A DNA stretch of 58,291 nucleotides, counting the filler, from Streblomastix strix (Eukaryota), in assembly GCA_008636045.1 (NCBI GenBank). It is 3 parts of 3 records of this genome, joined end to end, with 100 filler letters (N's around TTAATTAATTAA, not from the genome) between each part and the next. Parts side by side here need not be neighbours in the genome. Positions count along the whole stretch, not along the records: positions 19,466 to 38,829 come from SNRW01000520.1; 2 more parts are not named here. One strand, written 5' to 3'. A program made the translations under genes and the position numbers. A model generated the notes under the pieces. It was not told the origin of the DNA and searched no databases. It saw only the letters and a list, made by a program, of their open reading frames with translations. Below are positions 23,101 to 36,417 of this stretch, piece by piece (positions within the stretch are counted from its first letter, which is position 1; every line of letters begins with the position of its first letter).

Positions 23101-24501
23101 CTGACTTTGAATTGTTATTATCATTATTTTTCTTTTAATTTTCTCTTGGAGAAACTTTCTCTTATTCTTAACAATCGTTATCTATATTTCCTAATTTATT
23201 ATTTTGTCTATTTAATTATTTCTGGTTAAAACCTTTGTAGAAATTCTTAATCAAATCTTTGCTTTTCTTCTCAATTTCAACTTCCCATTCAAACTGTTAA
23301 TTTAAATCCAATCCGTTTTGTGTTGCTATTTAATATACTTCTTCAATAAGAACTTCATAATTGGGTACAGTTTATGGAATAAGTTGAAGGATTTACTCAT
23401 TTAAATGTTTGAATTCTTCAGGAATCATCAATTATTCATCTAATAGCTGTCTTTATTCTTTTGTTAACTATAAAAGTTTATTAAAATAAATAAATTATTT
23501 AAATTATTTAAATATAAAATTTCATTAATATTTTTAATAAATACCTGATTTATCATCTAAGCTTTGATATCTTTTCCTGTGTAATATTCTGATATTATAT
23601 TCATTATGCCAATAAGATCATCTTCTGGAGTATTCATTCTTTGATTATTTAATTAATTGATTGATTCTATTTTTACATTTAAGTTAGATAAAGAATTCTA
23701 ATTTGAATTTGTTTTGTTAATCCGAGTTTGCAAATTGCCTCGTGATGTATCGTGGAAGTTAAATCGCCTACATTTGCTGAAATCAATCAAATAGAAGTTT
23801 CCTGCTGTTTGTTTCGTGTATCCAATAAGGAAGTTTTTCTGTTTAAGTCGAAAAATATTATGAAAAATAAATTTATAAAATAAATTATAAGGAAAAAGTT
23901 AAAAAACTAGAAATTATATTGAAATTCATACTGCATCTATATCACAATGGATAAATCCTGCCTAATGAAGAGATTAAATAGCACTGAACCCTTGAATCGC
24001 AAATTTTAGAAGAGTAACAAGCGAAAGTTTGCAAGGAGGTCGTCGATTCGCGAGATCACTGGGATGAATTATATGAAAAAATAAGCAAATATAAAATAAG
24101 TAAATAATAAAACTATAATGAAGGTCCAAGCAGTTCGGTCACGACGAAATTGAAGGATAAATGCTTTCCACACTCGATAATTTTGGCAAAATGCTTCGTG
24201 TCTAAGAACAAAGAAATGAAATATGTTAATTGAATTAAAAAAATTGTCTTATAATAGATCAAAGCGCACCTTACACAGTTTTTATAACTATATCCTCCCG
24301 AATCAGTGTGGAGCGGCCATTTTCAATTTTCTCGAACTTTAACGCAAATAAATGCTATGCAGAGCTGTTCTACCGTTTTGCAGCATATATTTAGATGTTT
24401 TCCCCGAAAGCTATCACGCTCTCCGTAATATATTTTTTGCCAATTAGTTTCCCTACGCTGATTGAGCGACTTATTTTGTTGAGCGGTTATATCCCGATCA
24501 T
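20163..24501 (-). CDS. Host CK1/TTBK-like pseudokinase with long low-complexity tail (spliced)
   Basis: FALKFE, VTELLGPSL, GFIHCDIDA..NFLIG, FYLIDFS, DDLI, FEWE across GT-AG introns; Q/S/N-rich tail to TGA at 20163. Confidence 0.8.
22288..22950 (-). repeat. Coding tandem repeat, ~96-nt unit x ~7 with a 288-nt higher-order period
   Basis: The unit encodes approximately IKQTSSYSNLQNNSSSQNLSPRNNIGFAQNSG. Track ORFs 22402-22602 and 22690-22890 are near-identical and 288 nt apart. Confidence 0.9.
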
Positions 24502-26016
24502 AGTGGCTAATTATAAGAAATAGTATATTAATATTGGAGTAAAATATAATTATTAAAACAAAAAGATGGTTTAATACAAAAAATGGTCTCTATTTTCTGG
24601 TTAAATAGAATGTAAAATAAAATTATTTTTTGTTTCATTTGAATAAGCTAATTTCAATTATGCGCTATTTAATTTTAAATTTGAATGTTATAAGTTAGAG
24701 GAAGTTCAACATCTATAATGTACAGTGGAAGCGAATAACTAAACGTAAATGAGATACAAAATATAAACAATATCTTTAATGGGGAAAAAAAGTCGCCATT
24801 TGATAAAGTGTGTATTTTATACCATTTCAAAAAACGCGAAATACACAATTTGAATGCAACAGTTAAAATGATCTAGATATTTAATGGAATGCAGCTTTAA
24901 TTAAGTAATTTTAAGGTATTAAAATATTAAATAGTACATGGATCTGGAGAAAAAAATAAGAATTTTTTTAGCATATCTAACTGTTTAAAAGTCCTCAATT
25001 TTCTGGATAATAATTTGAATTCCATGCAAATAAAAGAATAAGTTTACTATTCGACTTTAATACTATAAGAAGCGAAGTTGGAACAGAAAATTAGAAAAAA
25101 AAGCTCGATTTTTTAAAATGCAAATAATTTACTATATTCGTATTTATTAGCTGTAAAAAGCAATAATAATTGTTGAAAAGCATTATAAAAGCGTTTTGAA
25201 ATTTTGGATCGATAAATATAAAATTTTGTTCGTGTAAGCCAAATTTGTCGATTAATAAATGTTTTAAATATATAAGTTAATAGTAAAATAATAATAATAA
25301 ATATAATTGTTAAATAATCAAGGTTTAAGTAGAATTTGGTTGAATGAATCATGCAGAAAAAGGCGTTTTATTCGTAAAATTTCTCTTGGTGATTCGGAAG
25401 TACCTAGGTTTAAATTATTGACAATTATTATAATATTTGCTTTAAACATACAGAATAATGAAAATAAAAATGTTTGCTGTGCATATTATTGTTTAGCTAA
25501 TAGTAAAACCATTCGTTAAAATGAGTCTATGGAAATTATCATCATTCATGGCCAAAAATACCTCATCACTCGTTCAAATTCAATAATTTTACATTTAAAT
25601 CTGAATATAATGCAATTTATTAACTATTATCATTAAATTCTTTAAACCTGAATTTTTATGCATCAAAATAAAAAAGATCGATATCTCAATAACTTTCAAA
25701 TTAACGTCTATAAATCAGTTCAAAAACCTACGAGTCATATGTAATAGAACATTAATTTATTAAAACCCAAAAAAATGACCATTACACATTTTTATTGGCT
25801 TTTTTCTAAAAGCGACTTTTTTTTCCAATAAAACAAAATTCAATAAAAAAGCATAATTTTAAATATATTATTGGAGTAAATAAATTCAAATTGATTTAAA
25901 TAAATAAACACTATTCAAGATAAAATTGAAAAATTCAGGAAATAATAGGAAATTAAAAATTTGGGTTTGAAAGACTTTCTGAGAAGTAATTTGTATTTGA
26001 TTGTAGATAATTTCCT

Positions 26017-29000
26017 ATGTTTTAGGAATAGTTACTTCTAAGCTAAGGCTTTTAAGTATGAATATATTTATTTAAACCGAATTAACTGTGATCTTGAAAT
26101 TTTTTTTTTCGATTCAGGTTTTCAAAACGTTGGGTATGATTTAGGAGTTAATTTTTACGAATTTGAGATTTAATATATTTTTATATATTATATATCAGAA
26201 AAAGGTGTAAATGAACAGTTTGTTCCTAATTGAACTTTGCTTTTAATTTATTTCAAAATTTCTTCTTTATTTTGTGTTCAGAATATTCCTCGTGAATAGC
26301 GTATAAACAGGACTGGTAGCAGCAAAGGTTATGTAGAAAAATACATTCGACGATTAAGAGTGGAACGCGGCAGGAATTCTTAAAAAGTTTAATTTGCTTT
26401 TCTATATTCCGAATTTTTTTTATAAATTATTTTGTTTTTGCTTCAAAGAGGAGAGCCAATCCCTTTTATTGTTCATTTAAATGCAGCTAAAATAATTGAT
26501 CAATAAGTTGTTATTTTGATGGAATATGCAAATATGAAGGCTTGTTTTCATTTTATCATTATTTTTGCTTTGATTCAAATTTATTATTATTTCAGAGTCT
26601 TGATAACATCATTAAACGGAAAGCTGTACTTTCTGGAGGAACAATTCGAGCAATTGCAAAACAACTTCGTATGAATTATCAACATAAAAATTCTATTATT
26701 CTTTTTATTATTTATTCATATTTAGTATAAGGTATTAATATGATTCACTAAAGAGGTCTTGTTCATCGGTATATAATTATTCATTTTTTATATTTACAAT
26801 TTATTTAAATATTTATTTGATAATGTCAGAGATATCAAAGGAGAAAACATTATGCTTCACAATCCAATTGGATCTGATAGAGTTGTATGAAAAATATTAA
26901 ATAATAATTTATTTTCCATATATTTTATATTATTTATTTATTATAATTAAATAGATAATAAAGATAGCAGATTTTGGACTTGTCAAATTTCAAGATCGGT
27001 TATAATAAATGATGTTAATGTCCGCTAAAGGGTTTGCAAAATATTATTTTACTTATATTTAATATTTTACATTTATTTTAATAATATTATTTAATTCAGA
27101 ACTCCATTGAATATGGCGCCCGAACTTGTTATTGGAGATGGATAAGCTGATTCCAAAGTTTGGAAATATTAATAAATATTTAATTTTAAATATATTTATT
27201 TATATTGTATTGTATTACTAATTTAATTAGGTTGATGTTTGGTCTGTTGGAGTTGTGATTTTCCAACTTGTTGGACATGAATATCCAATTAAAGCGATGA
27301 ACATTCCAGATTTGATGAAGTTTGAAATTTGAAATTAAAAATTAGTTCTTATTATTTAATATTTTATTTTATTCAGGCTTATGTAATTGCAGGTTATAAA
27401 TAGACCTTCATCTATTCAAGATAACTTGCTCTGGGATCTTCTTATTCATCTTCTTGGATTTGATCGGACTAAACGTTTTACAGCAGCCGAAGCACTTCAA
27501 CATCCTTATTTCACAAATCCGTAAGCACAATATGAAATTAGTTCATAAGCTCAATAAATTGCATTGAATTCACAAATATTGAAACAAAATGGAGACCAAA
27601 GTATCACGTAATTTGATATTGATTCATCATATATTATTACATCAACTGAAATCAAAACTGGATTTGGCTATGATCCTTTAATTGAACTTCAACCAATCTA
27701 CTAATAAATTGGATTAATTTAATAATAACCAATAGTATTACAGTAGCAACAACAACAATAATATTCAATACCTTATATTAATATTAGTTAATAAAATCCT
27801 CCTCCAAATCCTCTAAATCCAATTCCTATCCAAACAAATATCAATCAAACTTATCCATCGAATAATCCACATCAATGAAATATTCCACCTCCTTTGAACA
27901 TTCTTCTTCCATAAACATTCCTTAATATTACTCCTCCTCCATGCATTCTTCCTTAATATAATATACCTCCACCTGCAAATATACTACCTAATTCAAGTAT
28001 ACCACCTCCTGATAGCATTCTTTAATTACACAGACAATAATCTATACCTGATCAACCATATGTTATTTAGTAATAAAATATATCTAATTTATAAGGAAAT
28101 TCAAAATCTCCAAGTGAAAATGATTTACTATATCAAAGAATTCCACTAATTGAAGCAAATACTTAATAATAAGGAATTTAAATATAACCACCAACTGATT
28201 ATTAAGAAATTGAAAAGAATAACAAAGAAGATGATGATAAAGAATTAGAACCGCACATTCCCTGTTAATTTTGTAAGGAGTAAATTCCATTCAGTTAATA
28301 TGAAGAACACTTAATATTATGTTAATAAGAATAAGAACAAGAAAGAAAAAGAAATGAAGAAGAATCAGAAAGATTGGTAAGAAAAATATAAAAAGAAGAA
28401 GAAGATAAAAATAGAAGATATATTGAATCGCAGAATAGAAAAGAAGAATAAAGAAGAAAATAAAAAGAACTTGAAGAATAAGAAAGATTTGCTAAACAAT
28501 TATAAGAAGAAGAAAACGAAAAAGAAAGATAAAGAATTATTGAATAACAAAAACAGTAAGAGTAATAGAAACAAAAATAAATAGAACTTGAATAACAAAA
28601 ATAAATATAGAAAGATAAAGAAGGATAAATATAGAATGAAAAAGAGAAATAATAATAAAAAGATATAGTAAATGAATCAGATAAAGCAATTAAAAAAGAT
28701 TAAGATAAAATAAAAGAAAAACAATAAGAAAAGGAAAAAGATTAAAAATAAGAGAAAGAATAAATAAACCAGAAACAATAAGAAAAAGAAAATCAGAAAC
28801 AATAACAAAAATAAATATAGAAAGATAAAGAAGGATAAATATAGAATGAAAAAGAAAAATAATAAACAAAAGAAAAATAATAAGAAAAAGAATAAACAAA
28901 AGAAAAATAATAAGAAAAAGAATAAAAAATAGAAAAAGAATAAGAAAAAGAATAAAAAATAGAAAAAGAATAAGAAAAAGAATAAAAAATAGAAAAAGAA

Positions 29001-30170
29001 TAAGAAAAAGAATAAAAAATAGAAAAATAATAAGAAAAAGAATAAACAAAAGAAAAATAATAAGAAAAAGAATATACAAAAGAAAAATAATAAGAAAAAG
29101 AATAAACAAAAGAAAAATAATAAGAAAAAGAATAAATAAATGAGAATCTAAAAATGTAGGAAAAAGATGCAAACAAAGAATAATTGAATGAGAAAGAGAA
29201 AGAGAAGCATGTTAGCCATCATTAGAGAAGAAAGAGTGAAACGAAAAAAGATTAATAAAAAAATGATGAAAAAGAGTAAATAAAATAAATTGAAATTGAA
29301 TAATAAAAAGAAAAAGAAAAACACTAATAGAAAAAGAAAGAGAAAGATAAAGAAAAGGTGAAATAAAAATAGAATTAGAAAGAAAAAGACAAATGGAGAG
29401 ATGATAAATAATAGATATAAATCTCAATAGAAAAAGAAAATATTTCTTAATAAGGTGAAAAATATAATAATATTAAGTAAAAAGAGAAAAAGTAAGATAC
29501 TTAAATGATTAATGATTAAAAGAAAGATAATTCAAAATTAAATTCAATAGAGAACAAAACAATCTAAGATTAAAAATAAAAGAAACAGAAAATTAATTCA
29601 AAAGCTGAATAATAATAAGAAAATAGTGAAAAACAAAGAAGAGAATAAGAAGAAATAAGAAGAATTGAAAGAGAATAAATTGAATAAGAAGAAAAAGAAT
29701 AAAAAGGTTAAAAGTTAAATCATGATGGACATAACGATAAAGATAAAGAAAAAGAAAGAGATACTGAAATTGAAAGAAAAGGAGAAAAAGAAAAAGATGT
29801 AAGAAGACATAAGCATTAAAAGTCAACTATAGATAGTGATAGAATTAGCCATAGAGATAAAATTGAAGAGATTAGATGCCCATTCTGTAAGAAAGAAATT
29901 CAAAAGGATGTTGCTTATAAGCATGCATATGATTGCGCTCCAAACACATAATAATAAAATCTCCTCAAATTCACACAATTAATTTTACCAGAGATGGAAT
30001 TAACTGAAGATGGAATATTCTAATCAAAAGATAAATTCAAGCATCAATGTCCATTTTGCAAAGAACCTCCTTAAACATTCATTGAAAAGCATATTCGCTT
30101 AAGCCACATTGAATATGAAGTGATTTTCCAGAAACTTCTAGGATTTCACAGTCATATTAGACTTTAATGA
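26017..30170 (+). CDS. Host Ser/Thr protein kinase (multi-intron) with Pro/Gln region, three zinc fingers and coiled coil; in-frame TGA at 27876
   Basis: VAAK, MEYAN, HRDIKGEN, ADFG, GTPLNMAPE, DVWSVG and RFTAAEALQHPYF assembled over short introns. Downstream: CQFC..H...C, CPFC..H...C, CPFC..H....H. The 5' exons are approximate. Confidence 0.85.
28850..29135 (+). repeat. 30-bp coding tandem repeat (~9 copies)
   Basis: AATAAACAAAAGAAAAATAATAAGAAAAAG and variants, encoding approximately QTKEKQQEKE. Confidence 0.9.
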
Positions 30171-31479
30171 GCTTTAAATAATAATTGCAAAAAGATAAAT
30201 TGGATCATAAAAGAAGATTATATTTTATATTAATATCCAGATCAAGAACTTAATTATTTAATTGTTCACTTTTATTCACATCATTAACTTTCTACATTCC
30301 AGATTTTCTTAATTTATACTCTCTTTTTATTAATTTTGTTTTAAAACTATCAGAAAGCTTCAAATTGTTTATTTGATTCTATTTTATAATGTTAATATTA
30401 ATATATTTGATGGTGAACATTTTTATCATTTCTTATCTATTTTATTGGCTATTTGAATAATCTAATCAGACATTTTTAATAAAATAAATATTTCAATAAG
30501 CAGCAAATGATTAAATTAAAGAAGAACTTGATTAGAATAAGAAAATATCATTAACAAAGAATGATTAACTTTACTATCTTTTATTATAGAAAATTAATAT
30601 ATATTTCTAAATTCAATTGAATAGATTGGACCACTAATAGACATGCAAATATGTCCGAATTTTGACCTCGATAATTGTTAGGCATTTGTTTATGGGTCCA
30701 GATTCCATTTATTAATAGAAAAAAACTTGGGGATGCTAAAAAATTTTTGGATCATTTGTATGATTTGCAAAAGGAATAGAATAAAAATATGATGAAAGTT
30801 GAGATTAAACAAGGGATTGTTTATAGAAACACAATATCTTGGTCTGCTGATGGTTAAATAGGGCAAATGTTAAATATCACTAAAATTGGAGCAAATATCA
30901 ACAATTATACAGATAATAGGACAAGTGGATAGTAGTTATGTGTGGTGAAGAATAGATAATATTTATTTTGCCTAACTTTATTGAGAATCTATTGAGAATT
31001 ATCAAAAATATTGATAAAAAATCTAAAATTTTCTTCTTGGAAACTAAATTTAAATAATAGTTTTATTTTGTATTTAGAGTTTCCTAACTTATGATTTGAT
31101 ATCATTTTCCAAATTCAAATTATTATACTATTTGAAAATGAAATATAGAATGCTTGCTTTTACTTTATATCTTATTGTAATCGTCAAGTCGGATATGATT
31201 TATTCATTGATTCATTAGTTTGCAAATAAAAGATTTCATAGAATTCAAGACTTTGAATTGCAGTCGAATTATTTTTAACAACCAGGCGAACTCTACATAT
31301 TTTTATATTGTTCACATTGTCTATCAAACTTTATAATAGAATTATCCGTTTATCTGGAATATTTTACGATTTTTTCATAGACTTTTTTGACAAATTCATA
31401 ACTATTGCATATAATTTAATTATAAAATTAATTGTTTGAAATAGTGTAAAGAATGCAGTTTCATGTTCAATTGATCATT

Positions 31480-33549
31480 TATCAATACTAATTTCAACTT
31501 CTTATAGTTCAAGATATGCATGTACTGAATTTATACCAATAATGTATGGAATCTCACGTTGAAAAGGAAACTCTAAAGCTTTCTCTGAAGTTTCGATCTG
31601 GTTTACTCGTGTTGTCTCACTATAATTAATGAATTAAGTAGATAATCCATGCGTATAAAACAGTTCAAAATGTCTAACAAATAGTATCTCACTTCATTCT
31701 TTTTTTAAATCCTAATATTCATCTTCAATAATCTCTGATTTTCAATATATAGGTGTTGATTCTTAGTGCCGAGTATTGAATTTTTAATAATTGACTGATA
31801 TAATATGACATTCATATTTTGCATAGTTAGTCGATATTTAATTAGAGCAATCTCGTGTGATTTTGTTTTTCCTGAAATAACAATATAAATGTTGTGCCCC
31901 TCCCATAGTTTGAACAAATCCTGTTTTATCATGTACACCTTTTAATTTGAGCTTATTAATGGCTTATTAACGAATTTATAATTTCTCCTTTATTCAATAT
32001 TTTTAAATATATTTATATTTTTTAAATAATAATTCTTTATAAGGTGAATTATTAAAATAGTTATAGTTCTTTTTATTGCATTAAATATTGGTTTAATAGT
32101 AGTAATATAGACTTGGATTAATAGGAAGACGAAAATTTTTTTCGTGCTACAGCCTTTCTTATTTTGAAATATATATTTGTTAATGATGAAAATCAAATAT
32201 TGAAGAAAAGATTATTTTATCCGAGAATATGAATATAGACGGAAGTTATGAGCCATCTCCTGAACTTAAGAAAACTGCATTGAATGAAATTATTAACATG
32301 CTAGTTCGAAATGCAAATTGATCATTTAAAGACAATCTTCCATCTTTATTGTATTGGAAATAAATTATTTTAATTGCTCATTGAAAGTATATTCACTATC
32401 AAATTAACTAAAAGGAATTATGAAGATCCATGTATAGATCATACATTTGCAAATACTTTCTTTAAGTCAAATAAAAGCAATTTTTCGAATATGAAACTAA
32501 ACGATGTCTTCGGGAATGAGCAGTTTGACAGATAAACATAAGTCATTCAACCTTATTCAATAATAGATCTATAGAAAGCACAAGATCAGAAAAAGAATAT
32601 CCTCCTTCACAAACAAAAGAACGATATCATCATTGAATTTCTTAACATCTTCAGGTATATGTTATGGTTATTTAAATTCAATATCCAAAAAAAATGATCT
32701 TGCTTATGTTTTTTCGTTTATCTCATTACAATCTTACAAATTTATCCTTTTGAATTTAGTTTTCTGCATCTATTCCACTTATGATCTCCAATTCTAGTTC
32801 CTTCCTCTTCACAGGGAGTGGCACTTTGAAATTCGACTAATTCTTTTCCAACATAATAGGATTCAATAGTAGGATTTTTATAGAAACTAAAATCTTTGTA
32901 TTTCCAAGGATATACTATATTCAAACATATAATTTTAAAAATATAATAAAAATACTTTAAATTTTAAAATTATTATATAATTATTTTAATTATATAAACC
33001 TTTTACAATTGAATTTTCTGTCTATCTTGGTTTTATATTTTTATTTTCTTAATCAGTTTGATCACTCTCACTTTATTCTTGGCTTATTCATTATTTCCGT
33101 TTTCTCTTTTTTGCTTTCGGTGGTTTGAGAAGGTCTTACTTATCATTCTCACTTTCGCTTTAACTATTTTCATTACTTTCGGAATCTTATTGTTTCAATT
33201 AATTCTATTTCAGATCTTGGTTTGAATTTCTTTTTTTCTATTATGCTAATTTCTTTTTTATTTTCTTTTTAGACTACGGAATCTGAACTAATAAATTGAG
33301 TTCATTATTTTCCAATAAAAACATTAATAATTATTATTATTAAATATGCAGATATATTTCGCACACCACTCCAATTTCATCTAATTTTTATTCATCTCTG
33401 CAAGTCAATTTTCGAAACAAAATTGATAGTCTTTTAACATTAAATTTATATTAATCCTATAATTTGTTCTTTAATTCTTCGATATTGCAATCATGCTCCA
33501 ATTCCAGCTCATACTTATGACCAAACTATGACTTAACTATGATTTTCAT
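31480..33549 (-). pseudogene. Ubiquitin-like-domain gene with a degenerate downstream coding region
   Basis: First exon MKIIVKSQFGHKYELELEHDCNIEELKNKLQDQYKFNVKRLSILFRKLTCRDEQKLDEIGV then ENNELNLLV follows the ubiquitin pattern. Downstream frames are broken; the 3' end is approximate. Confidence 0.45.
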
Positions 33550-34746
33550 TCTAGAAAAAAAGTAAATTTTGAATATTTATAATTTTAAATTAAATCAATG
33601 AATCAAATTAAATAAAATTTTATTTTAATTCAGAAAATGAGATTGGTATGTATAAATCCATCGGTGATGATAAATAAATTTTTTTTAAATAAATTGGAAA
33701 CTAATTAACTTGAATTTATAGAATTTAATTCTAGAAAAATTGAGAAAAATTGAGATTAATAATAATAATAAAAAATCGTCGTTTAAAAGTATCGCGAAAA
33801 ATGAATATTGTATATTTTATAAAATTGTTCTTATTTTCATACTGCATTTAAATATAAATTATTTTGTAATTATATAAATCGATATTTTGGTTAAAATATG
33901 AATTTTATTAATTAAATTCAGTTTTTTAGTTATAATAATGATATAAATTGATTGAAAAAATATCAAATTTTAACATTTTCGAGATATATATTATTATTAT
34001 TTATAACTTATATAAATATTGAATATTTATCCTGATAAAAACCATATAATAAATTTTTAAAAATCTTTCCATAGCTACATGTTCGATTTTTTATTTAATA
34101 TATATAAATTTATATGAGTAAGAACGAATCATTTCAATAAATTTAATTAAATTTTCAATTTATTATTGCTTGAATTCGCATATCAAACTTTTCGTCATAA
34201 AAAATCTCTGACGAAAAAGTTGTACCCATGATTATCTTTTCAAAATTCATAATAATTAAATAAGTAATATTCTATAACTCACTCCGATTCACAACTTTTA
34301 CGTATAATACCTATTCAACAGGTTTTATTTAAATAAAAATTTGATATTAATAAATTTAAGAAATATTTGCTTTAATTTAGTTGATGAATTAAATTAGATA
34401 TTGTATGTCAAATAAATTAATAAATTATATCAAAATATATGATTTTTAAGGTCCAAATAAGATAAACCTTAAACAGTTCATAAAAAAAATATAAAATTGA
34501 CGAATTTGTCAAAATTTGATTGGATGACGAATTGGCGGCGCCAAATTTTTTTGTCAAATTCATCAAATCTTCATAAACGACCAATTTTCTATCGAATTTA
34601 ACTATTACTATTTTTATTACAATTATTATACGTATATGATATAAATTAATCAAATTCGATATTTTTAAGGCTAAGGAAAAAAAATTAAATTTTTTTATTG
34701 TATTTTAATATATAATTCAAAAATGTATTGTATTAAAATTTGATTA

Positions 34747-35621
34747 TAGTGCCGCATATTAAGACCGGACAGCATTTTAGGCCTGGATGCCCATTGTGAC
34801 AGCAAAACAATCAAACCGCCTAAAAAATGTTAGTGTTATTTTTTATAATTCATCAAAAAAATTACATATTTACATATTTAGAAATTACTTAAAATGCAGT
34901 TTTATATTCTTATTAATCCATTGTGCCTGAAATTGATAATTTTAAATTATTATTTTGCAATATAGTGTAATTTTATCAATTTTCGTATATATTTGCTTTT
35001 ATAAGCCATTTATTGATTCAAATGAATACTTATATTATTATCATATATAAACAATTTTTAGATTTATATGCTGATTATACAACTATTTAATATAAATTTA
35101 GATCAACTAACAGAACAGCTATGCTAGGCGGCGATTCGTTACAAAACACGAAACAGAATTTAGTTTTTGCAAGTATTCTAAGGTAATAATATTATTTTTA
35201 AAAAAATTTTTATTTACTATTACATTCTCTAAAGGATTATATAATATGAATTGAATTGGAATAAGCACAGTGGCGATTGAAACATTATTCCTTTTTTTTA
35301 ATTTTAAACCTTAAGTTTCGTTCAATTTCGCCTCTATCGTATATTTTAACAAATAATTTTTGTTTTCATCTACAATTTTGATCAATAAACATAAATTTAC
35401 AATAAAAATATTTCGATTTCATTTTTGATTGTCAAATTCCGGCACAAAGGAGTAATATAAATATAAAAATGTATTTAAAATAAATTCTGAATATGTAAAT
35501 AAGTAATTTTTTTGATGAATTATAAAAAATAATTCTAACATTTATTAGGCGGTTTGATTGTTTTGCTGTCACAATGGGCATCCGGGCCTAAAATGCTGTC
35601 CGATCCTAATATGCGGCACTG
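34747..35621. mobile_element. 875-bp non-autonomous Tc1/mariner-type element with ~170-bp TIRs
   Basis: TA|TAGTGCCGCATATTAAGACCGGACAGCATTTTAGGCC ... GGCCTAAAATGCTGTCCGATCCTAATATGCGGCACTG|TA; no transposase ORF inside. Confidence 0.9.
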
Positions 35622-36417
35622 TAGTCAATATGGTTTTAACCAAAATCATCTATTATCTATTAAAAATTGCCAAATTTTTTCTTAATATTTCTTAGAGATC
35701 AAAAAAATTTTTTTTTATTTAATAAATTTTAAATGTTATTTTTTTGATCCAGCCACAGTACCAGCCATAGAGCCAGCCATTTGGGTTGGGAAAAAAATTA
35801 TTTTTTCCAGCCTACATAAAAAGATGCCGCATGCGACTGGATAAACTCATAATTGGTTTCCCTCAGCACTTACATGTTCTTTCAATTCAAATACTACTCA
35901 TTTATTTTTATAATTTTGTTTTACTATTATTTCAAAGCTATATAGTAATATCAATTTCCAACATGCAAAATTAAACAAAAAATACTTTAAAAACGACTAT
36001 TTCTTTATATATGAATTATAATTTTATTGTTAAAAACTTTTTTGTGTTACAAATAATTATATTTATTTAATTTTAATAAATTATTTCATTACAAATACTT
36101 TTCTATCCCCAAAAATACATTTAAAATTGAAATTCTTTTTAAATGCAAATATTGCTTACAATTATGACAAAAATTATAATTACAATTTTCAAATTTTTAA
36201 TATTTGATTTTTATACACAAATATTATGTTTTATCTTTATTGAACTCCAATGTTAGTTCTTGAAAATATTAAATAATTTGTTCTTTATTTATTTATCTTA
36301 AAACTAATGTTATTTATTAAATTTTATCATAAAATTACACAAAATTCAATGTTCATTATATTCAACAAATTTAAATGTAATAATTTATATTTAGCCCTTT
36401 TTTTCGTTTAGAAATTA

